DNA from: Mobula hypostoma | Taxonomy: Eukaryota | Reading direction: 5' to 3' | Length of the DNA stretch: 64,000 nucleotides | Assembly: GCF_963921235.1 (NCBI RefSeq) | Contig: NC_086108.1 | Span: 18,352,001-18,416,000, forward strand | Part shown: positions 26,581 through 38,417 of the stretch, one piece after another | Layout: each line of letters starts with the position of its first letter | Position numbering within the stretch: position 1 is the stretch's first letter | Notes under the pieces: generated by a model | The model's database searches: none | What the model was told of the DNA's origin: nothing | The model's input: the letters and a program-made list of their open reading frames with translations, nothing else | Program-made: the position numbers and the translations under genes

Positions 26581-29075
26581 AGAAACCATAAAAACCATAG
26601 AAAAACTACAGCACAGAAACAGGCCTTCTGGCCCTTCTTGGCTGTGCCGAACCATTTTCTGCCTAGTCCCACTGACCTGCACATGGACCATATCTCTCCG
26701 TACACCTCCCATCCATATATCTGTCCAATTTATTCTTAAATGTTAAAAAAGAACCCGCATTTACCACCTTGTCTGGCAGCTCATTCCACACTCCCACCAT
26801 TCTCTGTGTGAAGAAGCCCCCCTAATGTTCCCTTCACCCTTAACCCATGTCCTCTGGTTTTTTTCTCCCCTTGCCTCAGTGGAAAAAGCCTGCTTGCATT
26901 CACTCTATCTATACCCATCATAATTTTATGTACCTCTATCAAATCTCCTCTCATTCTTCTACGCTCTAGGGTATAAAATCCTAACCTATTCAACCTTTTT
27001 CTGTAACTCAGTTTCTCAAGTCCCGGCAACATCCTTGTAAACCTTCTCTGCACTCTTTCAACCTTATTAATATCCTTCCATAATTTGGTGACCAAAACTG
27101 AACACAATACTCCAGATTCAGCCTCACCAATGCCTTATACAACCTCATCATAACATTCCAGCTCTTATACTCAATACTTTGATTAATAAAGGCCAATGTA
27201 CCAAAAGCTCTCTTTATGACCCTATCTACCTGTGACGCCACTTTTAGGGAATTTTGTATCTGTATTCCCAGATCCCTCTGTTCTACTGTACTCCTCAGTG
27301 CCTTACCATTAACCCTGTATGTTCTACCTTGGCTTGTCATTCCAAAGTGCAATACCTCACACTTGTCTGTATTAAACTCCATCTGCCATTTTTCAGCCCA
27401 TTTTTCCAACTGGTCCAGATTCCTCTGCAAGCTTTGAAAACCTTCCTCACTGTCCACTACACATCCAAACTTTGTATCATCAGGAAATTTGCTGATCCAA
27501 TTTACCACATTATCATCCAGATCATTGATATAGATGACAAATAACAATGGACCCAGCACTGATCCCTGTGGTACACCTTTAGTCACAGGCCTCCACTCTG
27601 AGAAGCAATTCTCTACTACCACTCTTTGGCTTCTTCCATTAAGCCAACGTCTAATCCAATTTACCACCTCTCCATGTATACCTAGCGACTGAATTTTCCT
27701 AACTAACCTCCCATGCGGGACCTTGTCAAAGGCCTTACTGAAGTCCATGTAGACAACATCCACTGCCTTCCCTTCATCCACTTTCCTGGTAACCTCCTTG
27801 AAAAACTCCAATAGATTGGTCAAACATGACCTACCACGCACGAAGCCATGTTGACTCTCCCTAATAAGTCCCTGTCTATCCAAATGCTTGTAGCTTCTAT
27901 CTCTTAGTACTCCCTCCAATAACTTACCAACTACCGATGTCAAATTTACCGGCCTACAATTTCCTGGATTAATTTTCAAAACTTTTTCAAACAACGGAAC
28001 AACATAAGCCATTCTCCAATCCTCTGGTACCTCACCCGTAGATACCGACATTTTAAATATATCTGCCAGGACCCCTGCAATTTCAACACTGGTCTCCTTC
28101 ACGGTCCGAGGGAACACCCTGTCAGGTCCTGGGGATTTATCCACTTTAATTTGCCTCAAGATAGCAAGCACCTCCTCCTTTTCAATCTGTACAGTTTCCA
28201 TGATCTCACTACTTGTTTCCCTTAATTCCATAGACTTCATGACAGTTTCCATAGTAAATACAGACGCAAAAACCCATTTAAGATCTCCCCCATTTCTTTT
28301 GGTTCCGCACATAGCCGACCACTCTGATCTTCAAGAGGACCAATTTTATCCCTTACAATCCTTTTACTCAATATACCTGTAAAAGCTCTTTGGATTATCC
28401 TTCACTTTGACTGCCAAGGCAACCTCATGTCTTCCTTTAGCCCTCCTGATTTCCTTCTTAAGTATTTTCTTGCACTTTTTATACTCCTCAAGCACCTTAT
28501 TTACTCCCTGTTTCCTATACATGTCATACAACTCTCTCTTCTTCTTTATCAGAGTTGCAATATCCCTTGAGAACCAAGGTTCCTTATTCCTATTCCTGCC
28601 TTTAATCCTGACAGAAACATACAAGCTCGGCACTCTCAAAATTTCTCCTTTGAAGGCTTCCCACTTACTGATCACATCCTTGCCAGAGAACAACCTGTCC
28701 CAATCCATGCTTTTTAGATCCTTTCTCATTTCTTCAAATTTGGCCTTCTTCCAGTTTAGAACCTCAACACTAGGACCAGATTTGTCTTTATCCATGATCA
28801 AGTTGAAACTAATGGTGTTATGATCACTGGAACCAAAGTGTTCCCCTGCACACACCTCCGTCACTTGTCCTAACTCGTTTCCTAATAGGAGATCTAATAT
28901 TGCATCCTCTCTAGTTGGTCCCTCTATATATTGATTTAGAAAACTTTCCTGAACACATTTTACAAACTCTAACCCGTCTAGACCCCTAACAGTATGGGAG
29001 TCCCAATCAATATGTGGAAAATTAAAATCCCCTACCACCACAACTTTATGTTCCCTGCAGTTGCCTGCTATCTCT
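26581..29075 (-). mobile_element. CR1 subfamily D (CTATGGTTT tail)
   Basis: ORFs 27008-28312 and 28364-29041; highly similar to 60951-63080. Confidence 0.95.
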
Positions 29076-30360
29076 CTTCAAAGAATTCCAACTGATTTGT
29101 CAAGCAACATTTTCCCTTAAGGAAACCATGTTGACTTTGGCCTAATTTATCATATGCCTCCAAGAACCTAAAAAGCTCATTCTTTATGATAGACTCCAAC
29201 ATCTTCACAACCACTCAATACAGTTTAACTGGCCTATAATTTCCTTTCTTATGCCTTTGTTCCTTCTTGAAGGATGGAGTGACACCTGCAATTTTCCAGT
29301 CCTCTGGAACCATTTCATAATCTAATGATTCTTGAAAGGTCATTTCTTTTGCCTCTAATTTCTCTTCAGCTACCTCCTTCTGAACCGTGGTGTGTAGTCC
29401 ATCTGGTCCAGGTCACTCATCTACCCTTCAGACCTTTCAGCTTCCCAAGCACCTTCTCTTGAGTAATGGCAACTATTCTCACTTCTGCCCTCTGATACTC
29501 TTGAATTTCCGGCATACTGCTGGTGTCTTCCATAGTAAAGGCTGACATAAAAGTTCATCTGTCATTTCTTCTCCCCCATTACTACCTCACTAGTGGCATT
29601 TTCCAGTGGTTCAATACCCATTCCTGTCTTTTTTTTACTCTTTACATATCTGAAAAAACTTCTGGTATCTTCTTATTTTATTGGCTATTTTACCTTCATA
29701 TTTAATCTTTGCTCTCCTTGTTGCTTTTTTTTGTTGGTTTTTATAGCTTCCCAATCCTCAGGCTTAATTTTTGCTATATTATATGCCCTCCCTTTTCTTT
29801 TTATACTGTCTTTGACTTCTCTTGTGCACTGTTGTCTCATCCTCCCTTTAGAATACTTCTTCATCTTGGGATGTATCTATCATGTGCCTTCCAAATTGCT
29901 CCCAGAAACTCAAGCCATTGCTGCTCTGCCATCATCCCTGTTAGTGTCCCCTTCCAATCAACTTTGGCCAGCTCCTCTCTCATGCATCTGTAATTCTCTG
30001 TACTCCTCTGCAATACTGATACATCTGACTTTATCTTCTCCCTCTCAAATTGCAGGATGAATTCTATCATATCATGATCACTGACTCCTCAGGGTTCCTG
30101 TACCTTAAGCTCCCTAATCAAACCTGGTTCATTACACAATACCCAATCCAGAATTGTCTTTCCATAGTGGTCTCAATTTATTACACAATGCATTGAGGGA
30201 ATACAAAGTAAAACATTCTCAGAATTCAGTATATAGTGAAAAAATGTGTGTTTGGTATTATTTGTGTGCATGTGCTTGATCTTATATGTGCGTGGTGTTA
30301 TGAGAGTATGTGTGATTCAGATTAATTTATTTGTTTATCAAATATTCATCAAAACATACA

Positions 30361-30880
30361 GTTTTTGGCCCCTTGTCTAAGAAAGGATGTGTTGACATTG
30401 GAAAAGGTTCATTGGAGGTTTCACAAAATCTATTCCAGAATTGAAAGGCTTATCATATGAAGAGTATTTGATGACTCTGGGCCTATACTCCCTGGAATTT
30501 AGAAGGAGGGGTGACCTCATTGAAACCTATCAAATGTTGAAGGCCCTCAGTAGAGTGGATGTGGAAAGGATATTTCATATGGTGGGGGAGTCTAGGATCA
30601 GAGGACACAGCCTCAGAAGACAGGGGCATCCTTTTAGAACAGAGATGAGGAGGAATTCCTTCATCCAAAGAGTGGTGAATCTATCAAATTCATTGCCACA
30701 GATGGCTGCAAAGCCATTGGTTATATTTAAGGCAGATAGATTCTTGATTAGTCAGGGTGTGAAGGGATATGGGCAGAAGGTAGGAAATTGGGGCTGAGAG
30801 AAAAAGTGGATCAGCCAAAAAGAAATAGTAGAGTAGATCTGATGGGCCAAATTGCCTAAAATCTTATGGTCTTATGGTCT
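30361..30880 (+). mobile_element. CR1 3' fragment
   Basis: ORF 30441-30797; tcttatggtcttatgg tail. Confidence 0.85.
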
Positions 30881-31144
30881 TGAAGCTGCTCAGAGTAAAC
30901 ATTCACAGAGGACCAAGTAAAGTCAGACTCCTTGGACAGAAGTGGTATTTGAGAAGTAATGTTAATGCTGAGGCCCAGCTGGTGGTTCTTTGCCTCACAG
31001 TGTTTGGCTTGGCTCAGTTAATAATACTTGGCTGTGTTCATGGATTCCTTGCGTGTGTTTCAGTTCTCCACATAAAACCTGATACAGAGATAGGAGAAAG
31101 GAGGGAAAGATGCATATCACAATCAATTAATGCTCATGCCTAGG

Positions 31145-31183
31145 TGTCTCTGTGTGTGTCCTTGTGTCTGCAGTTCTATCTGA

Positions 31184-31214
<31 letters not shown>

Positions 31215-31420
31215 CACGCGCGCACATGCATGTAAATGTGTGGAAGACTGTGTGTTAGTAAATGAGAGTGTGTATATATGAAAGAGAGGCTTTGTGTGTA
31301 TGTGAAAGTGTGCACATGAGAGTGTAAATGTGTGTCTGTGTGCTTACGTGAGACAAAATGTGCATGTGAGTATATGAGGGAAAACATGTGTGTTTATGTG
31401 TGAGCCTGAGAGATACACTG
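31145..31420. repeat. (GT)n / TG-rich low-complexity region
   Basis: Direct observation. Confidence 0.8.
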
Positions 31421-31427
31421 AGATTAA

Positions 31428-31630
31428 GAACCACACATAAGATATTGGAGGAATTCAGCAAATCAGGCAGCATCTATGGAGGTGAATAAAGATTCAACGT
31501 TTCAGGCTGAGACCCTTCATTAGGTCTTGGTATGAAACATCGACTGTTTATTCCTCTTAGCCTGACTTGCTGAGTTCCCCTAGCATTTTGTGAGTGTTGC
31601 CCAAGATTTCCAGCATTCTTAATCTCTTGT
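31428..31630. mobile_element. Penelope-like inverted terminal fragment
   Basis: cacataagatattggaggaattcagc...cgtttcaggctgagacccttcatt...gctgagttcccctagcattttgtg; related pieces at 7375-7465, 49325-49420 and 57130-57292. Confidence 0.6.
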
Positions 31631-34261
31631 GTCTGTGAGTAAAAATGAGATTGAATGTGTGTATCTGTATCTTTATGACTGTTTTCACAGAGAGCAACAT
31701 ACAATGTGAGTTTGTATGCCCATGTGGCTGTCACAGAAAAGTAAATTGCCACGTTACCCAGTCTGGATGGATTGTGTCCCAAACCACCAGTTTGGTTGAT
31801 TCCTGTCAACTTCCTCCTCTGTGAACAAATGGCTACTGGCTCCGTCTCTTGCAACCACACTTATCGATGATCCAATATAACTACAGTTGTATGTGACAAT
31901 ACAGCCCATCTTGCTCTTAGTGTGGAGTTGCACCCTCTTCACTGCAATGTGATTGGCTGATGTTATGATGAATAGAGTGATGTCTTTGTGGGATTGGCAT
32001 TAGGTTTCAATGCTTGACTGTTGGGTCAACCAGCAGGTCTTGGAACAGCAATGATTTGGTAACAGCAACCACAGTGGATCAGGGTAAGTATATGATTTAC
32101 AAAATCACAAAAGAAACTTCATCAGTATCAGTTCAAAAACACATCTCACATCTGGCTGTCAAACCCCTGGGATCACATTCATCCCAAATGTGTCACATTT
32201 CTGCAATCTCCCCACCAGCCTCACACCTGGAACTTACTCTCCCTTCTGCTTACAGCCCCTGGATATTTCTTGTATGGATATGACCCATATCTCTACCATA
32301 ACAGCATGAGGAACTATCAGGCCAATGTTAACCTTGACTCTTACCTGGGGACAGAGGTTCTCAAGCTACGGGTTGCTTGCAACTTTTTATTGAATATGCA
32401 GTTTTCTTCCAGGTTTTAAGTCTGACATATTCATTAACATCTGTAAATACCCTGAAAGCCCTGTTACCACAGCAACGAAGTTGACTGTCACTTTACCTCT
32501 TCCCTATTTTACATTTCCCTTTCACCTGCATTTACAGTGGTATCTGGACTGCTGTGTCTTGTCCGATCATCTTACCTATCCTCACCTTCCCTTCCCTCAC
32601 CTCCAATCCTCCTTTCCACTCATGTTGCCTCCACGTCTCCACTCCTCCCTCTACTCTGCATCTCCCTTTTCAACCTGACCCCTCTCCCTGTATCTATCTC
32701 TGTCTCCATCTCTCCTCCACTTTCCTTAGCCCTCTTCTCTTCCCAGTCTCCTTCCATGTTTCGCAACAAGATATCTTAAGCATTGGACCATTGCGGAAAT
32801 GGGATATTGAAGAGAGGTTGATTTTTCTGACCACCTTCCCCAGAGGGTGCAGTTACATGAAGCCCAGTAGATGGCCATTGTGTATTTACAAGCAGAAGGG
32901 AGATTGAATGACCCTGCTGGATCTCTGTGCATTGACTCAGCTCTCTCCTACTGCTAACAGTGAAGCTGCTCCCACTTCTTCAATGCCAAGGTTAGGCTGA
33001 TCCAGCTTAGAGTAAGTGAGTGCCAAAAGATTCCTTGGCAATGCTGCTTTGGACAGATTTTTACCTCACCTTTTCTCCAAGTACTCGTCCCCAGGTAATT
33101 TTTATCAATCCATCCTCTTCATTGCTTTTGCTTCTCGCTGGTAATTGACTGACACAGCTGGCTGCTTGTTGGTAAGTCTGGGAGGTTACATGGGCTAGGT
33201 GTGATTACAGCTGTAGTTTCAGTGGTTCAGTTTGACAGAGTACTACAGCAAGGCACTAGGTTGCTCGATTCAGTTTTTCCATGCCAGCTAAGTTGCCCAC
33301 CTGAGCTAGTCTTACTTGCCTGTGTTTGGCCTATATACATCTATCTATCTACGTCCCCATTCAAATGTTTTTTAAATGTTATAATTACACCCACTCCTTC
33401 CTCTGGCAGCTCTTTCCAAATGGATTCTTTGTGAAAAGGTTGTCCAAAGGTCCATTTAAATCTTTTTTCCTTGCACTTTAAATCTATGCTCCTTAGTTTC
33501 AGACACCCCACCTCATATTATCCTGGAGAAAAACACTATTCACTTTATCTATTCTAATGAATTTATAAAGCTCGATAAGATCACCACTCAGCTATCAATG
33601 TTCCAAGGACAAAAGCGCTAGCCTGTCTGGCCTCTCCTCAATACTCAAGCCCTCCAACCCCAGTAACATCCTCATTCAACTCTTCTGCAGCTAAATGAAA
33701 TCCTTCGTATAGCTGGATGACCAGAACTGTGCACAATACCCCACATGATGTCTCTGCTGAGGCAGCTGATTGGCTGTACTTACCACACACTCAGCCACTC
33801 TACAGGTAGCTGGCTCTCAAACATTTATCAAACAATATATAATTGGAGAGAACTAACCTCTTCCTGTTAAACTCCATCACGTGACATTGTATTCCCTCAG
33901 AACCCTTATACCACAAGCTTTCTCCTCTTCTTTTTTAATCGTGGGCATAGCCCCTTCCACGTCCATCACAGATTCTTATTCCTCTTTAGCTGATACACAA
34001 AACTTCCCTTAACGCTAAAAGCCGGACCATTGACATATTGGATGAAAGGAAAAAAGGAAGGGAGAGCAAACAGAATGGATTTCTGCTAATGCAGAAAGTG
34101 AGGGAATTGACTGTAGAGCATGGGTCCTTTAGGTATTCATGGTCCACTGGTATCTAGCACGGTTTGGATAAGTTCAAGTTAAAAGTAAATTTATTATCAA
34201 AGTACATATGTCACCATATATATACAACCCTGAGAATCATTTTCTTATGGGCATTCACAGT

Positions 34262-34870
34262 AGATTATGAAGACACGTAGTCCTCTTTTTATTGTCATTT
34301 AGTGATGCATGCATTAAGAAATGATACATTATTTCCTCCGGTGTGATATCACAAAACACAGGACAGACCAAGACTGAAAAAACTGACAAAACCACATAAT
34401 TATAACATATAGTTACAACAGTGCAACAATACCATAACTTGATGAAGAAGTTCATGAGCACAGTAAAGTTCGAAGTTTCTCAAACGTCCCAGATCTCACG
34501 CAGACGGAAGAAGGAAGAAAAACTCTCCCGTCCATGCCGACCACAAACCGACTCTGAGTCATCCGGAAACTTCGAGCTCTGATCAGCTCTCTGACACCGA
34601 GTACTCAGCGCCATCTCTGTCCAAACGATTCGACCTCCTTCTTGGTCGCCAAAAGCAGGCAAAGCTGGGGATTTTGAGGCCTTCCCTCCGGAAGATTCCC
34701 GACCACACAGTAACGACAGCAGCGAACGGGCATTTCAGAAATTTCTCCAGATGTTTTCACGTCCATTCTCCATCAAATCAGAATTGTCCACGGCCCCTAT
34801 TTAACAGATGCAATATCATTTTTCACCGGAGGGCTGTGCACACGCAGGCGCGCCGCCATCTTCTCCTCCC
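34262..34870 (-). mobile_element. Non-autonomous non-LTR retroelement, copy 1 (5' GGAGGAGAAGATGGCG)
   Basis: Colinear with 57870-58549 at both ends; TSD ACAGTAGAT at 34257-34265 and 34876-34884. Confidence 0.75.
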
Positions 34871-34977
34871 GAGATACAGTAGATACGAGAATCACAAATG
34901 GATGGACAAATAGTGTGTAAAAGACAACAAACTATACAAATACAAAAGGAAAGAAAAACGATCTAAGAATAATAAAA

Positions 34978-36428
34978 CACTACGTACACTTAAACACACT
35001 TAGATTAACACTACCCAGCACAGAAGGAGGAAGAGGAATAACTGACATAAAAATGAAATTACACAACAGTCAAATAAAACTTCTAAGGATATATTTTCAT
35101 CAACAAAAGCAGGATTCAGCACTCAATGAGAGCGTATGGAACTCTGATAAGAAGTACATACCACTAAATTCCCAGGATTCAGGACATTTACAAAGGCAGG
35201 TGTGAAAAAAGAGCCTGAAGGATCACTGGGGACCCGAGTCACCCCAACCACAAACTGTTCCAGCTGCTACCATCCGGGAAACGCCAGAACCAACAGGTTC
35301 CGGGACAGCTTCTTCCACCAGGCCTCTTCCACCAGGCCATCAGACTGATTAACTCACGCTGATTTGAGTGTATTTCTATGTTACATTGATTGTTCTATTT
35401 ATTATAAATTGCTATGGTTGCATATTGCACATTTAGATGGACATGTAATGTAAAGATTTTTACACCTCATGTATGTGAAGGATGTAAGAAATACAAAGTC
35501 AATTCAATTCAATTCAATTCAATTCAAATGAAACCACAACCCAGAAAAGTGAAGAAATTATCACCCATGGAAGAAAAAGTTAACCAATGCAAGAGCATGA
35601 CTCCCCATAGAAGACATCCCCACAATCTGAGCAGAATAGATGTTGAGAAGGAAGCGTCAAATGCCTGGCTCACAGTTGGAGACCTCTTCCCAGAAACAGA
35701 AGAGTTCCGTGTGGCAGTACAGGACCAAGTGGTCAGCACTAAACTGATCAAAAATACATAATAAAAGTCCAACAAATTCAAAGTGATAAATACAGAAAAT
35801 GCTGTGAGAAACCAGAAAAACTTTAACACATTACAGGATCCTGCAGCAGTTTAACTCAATCTGATTACTTACACAGGCCCAATCAAGTGGCAAACATCAT
35901 TCACCAAAATCTTGCTTTAAAATACAAACCCATAAAAGACACCATACCTTACAATAAATCAAGCCTGATCCAGTTCTTGAGTCAGAGTCCAACAAATTAT
36001 ATTATGACCGATCCATTATCACAGTTCATACAATCCATATTAACTGTCTAGATATAATATTACAGGGTAAACAAACAGAACAACTTACTAAATAGATACA
36101 GCCATTCCAAACACACATAACATATAGAAATCAGAAAGTAAAAAAACAACAGTAAAATGCCAAATTAAAAGAGGAAATTGAAAGACTATGGAACATGAAC
36201 AAGATATACATTGCTCCAGTATTAATATCTACAACTGATATCATCCCAAAGTCACTACACAATAACATTAAACAATTAGGCCAATACTGCAATATTTATA
36301 TAAATCTCCAGAAAGGCACAATACTAACCACCACTAGAATAGTCCAAAAGTTCCTAGCAATTGAGAAATGAGGGTGTTTTGCTATACCTGTAGCTTAGGT
36401 TTTACCTGCTTGATCTGAAAAAAAAAAG
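34978..36428 (+). mobile_element. R4/Dong-clade (restriction-like endonuclease) non-LTR retrotransposon, 5'-truncated and decayed
   Basis: RLTLPSTEGGRG; WLTVGDLFPETEEF..AVQDQV; CCHC-like knuckle (DKYRKC..E...HITGSC) then YLHRPNQVANIIHQ; YLIDTAIPNTHN; LQKGTILTTTRIV; poly(A) at 36418-36427. Confidence 0.85.
35171..35525 (+). mobile_element. Rex1/Babar-like 3' fragment, (CAATT)n tail, nested in the R4-like element
   Basis: Reverse complement of 59360-59650; HPNHKLFQLLPSG motif. Confidence 0.75.
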
Positions 36429-36939
36429 CAATAATTATTGAGAACAGGAGATGAAGAGGTTGTGGAAACGGTTCAATAATGGGTGAGTGAAGTTGAGTGA
36501 AGTTATCCCATCTGGTTCAAGAGTTTGATGGTTGGGGATAATGACTATTCCAGAACCCTGGTGGTGTGAGTGCTGAGGTTCCTGTACCACCGTCCTGACG
36601 GTAGCAGTGAGAAGAGAACATGGCTTTGGTCGTGGGGGTCCTTGATAATGGTTGCTGCTTTACTGTGAGAGCATTCTATGTAGTTGCGCTTAATGGCGGG
36701 AAGGGCTTTACCCATGATGGACTGGGCCATATCCACTAATTTTTGCAGGCTTTTCTGTTCAAGGGCATTGGTATTTCCATACCAGGCCATACCAGTCAGT
36801 CTACTCTCCACTACACATCTATAGAAGTCTGTCAGAGTTTTAGATGACATGCCAAATCTTCATAAACTTCTAAGAAAGTAGAGGTGCTGCCGTGCTTTCT
36901 TTGTAATGGCACCCAAGGCAGATGCTCCGAAATGATCAC

Positions 36940-37340
36940 TTGTGTGGCTGTTCGACACTACATCATGCTTAGAGAGAACAGAAATTTTAAAATAGTCCAT
37001 TTGTGTGTGTTAGGGTTCAAAAAGTAGTCATTTTTGTCACTGATAGTTGGTAAGAAATTGTTCGTCCATCGTTGACGTCGATGAGGACCTCGACACCATT
37101 ATGATGGTGTCAAGACTAGCGCGTGATTTGGATTTAAGCAGTAAGGCAATTCAGAACTGTTTTGCTCACTGAGGATTCAAGCGTTCAGTCTTGGAGATGC
37201 CAGAAATGGCCAAGAGTGAAAATGAAATGATTTCACTACTTCAACAAGTTAGGGACTATAAAGAACTTGAAAGGATCAACATTTATCTTTAATGCTACAA
37301 TGAAGATGAAGATTTAGAAGATGCAATCATCAAAAGTTTA
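36940..37340 (+). mobile_element. Probable Tigger/pogo DNA transposon remnant
   Basis: KAIQNCFAH.GFK reading at about 37143-37180 followed by an acidic tail. Confidence 0.4.
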
Positions 37341-37429
37341 AGATGGCACTGATAAGTGGCAACACTTTGTGAGCAGCTCCAATGGGAATCATCAAATATC
37401 TCATTTAGTACTACTACAGCTGAAGTCCT

Positions 37430-38230
37430 CTGTCCCAGCCATGTTGTTTTAAGATGTTTACAAAATCTATTGATCATCAAATACAGCAGACCCCAGATAG
37501 CAGGCTCAGGTCATCAGTGCCATTCCTCTTTAAGAAAACAGAAGTGTGGCAAGGGGGCCGGTCTGTAGGTACGATTGAATTGCAGAGGCCTTAGTCCCCA
37601 TTCCTGACTAATCTGCTGGAAAATAAAACTAAAGATCTCAGAGCAAGATTACAGAATCAGAGGGACATCAAGGATTGTTGTGTACTTTGCTTCACGAAAA
37701 CATGGTTCAGCACTACCATTTCGGACGCAGCACAGGCTGCAGTCAGAAGGCTTCACCATTCACCAATAAACAGGACAGCTTACTCTTTTAAAGGTAGAGG
37801 AGGTGAAGCATGTTTCATGATTAACCCATCGTGGTGCACAGATGTGGCGATTTCGTCTCAATCCTGCTCACCTGTCCTGGAACATCTGGTGGTCATGTCG
37901 GACATACCCAAACCAGAAGTTGTGATAAACCAACATAGCCTGCTGAGACATTCAAGACTGGTGATATACAAGAAGTCCAGGTACCACCTAGAGAAGACTA
38001 TTTTAAGAGCAAAAAATCAATTCCAATTGAAGTTAGAGCTCAGGTAGAAGGTACAGGTGCCTCAGGACTTACACTACCAGCTTCAAGAACAGTTATATTC
38101 ACTCAACCATCAAAAAGGGATAGCTACACTCATTTAAGGACTCTGTTATATTGTTACTTAATGCTCCTTATTTGTTGCTATTTATTTGTATCTGCATTTG
38201 CACAGTTTGTTTACAGTTTACAGTTCCAGA
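37430..38230 (+). mobile_element. Rex1/Babar-like LINE remnant (APE endonuclease part and 3' end)
   Basis: RDIKDCCVLCFTKTW, KGRGGEACFMINPSWC. Confidence 0.6.
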
Positions 38231-38267
38231 TGAAAAAGGATCTAGTGCTTTCCTGGCATATATAACA

Positions 38268-38417
38268 AATAAACTCTTCTCTGGCTTCAGGCTAGGTACA
38301 GGTATCAATTAGAATTGACGATTCAATGATCAACTCTGCTATCATCCAGAGTTTGTCATTGAAACATCGGTTATAATTGGTATCTGTACTCAGCTGGAAG
38401 CCCAAGAAGAGTTTATT
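38268..38417. mobile_element. About 150-bp palindromic Penelope-like element
   Basis: aataaactcttct..ggcttc...gtacaggtatcaatta pairs with taattggtatctgtac...gaagcc..agaagagtttatt. Confidence 0.65.

Larger units (their letters stand above)
25120..30175 (-). mobile_element. Old decayed CR1 (subfamily B-related) split by a subfamily D copy and a hairpin element
   Basis: ORF fragments 25268-25682, 26150-26541 and 29861-30070; host sequence ttatttc|ttcaaagaattcc rejoins across 26580/29076. Confidence 0.8.
34170..36935 (-). mobile_element. Rex1/Babar-like LINE 3' portion, host of nested elements
   Basis: ORF 36545-36850(-) FYRCVVESRLT..WYGN..LFSLLPSGRWYR; tail and aataaa near 34170-34200 on the - strand. 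Confidence 0.7.

Noticed and set aside
31691..31705. 15-nt phase 1-1 microexon (ttttcacag|agagcaacatacaat|gtgagt)
   Set aside because: Too short to distinguish from chance without RNA data.
32004..32083. Possible exon ending at a strong GG|GTAAGT donor
   Set aside because: The nearest acceptor has a poor pyrimidine tract and gives 80 nt, incompatible with the phase 1-1 intron.
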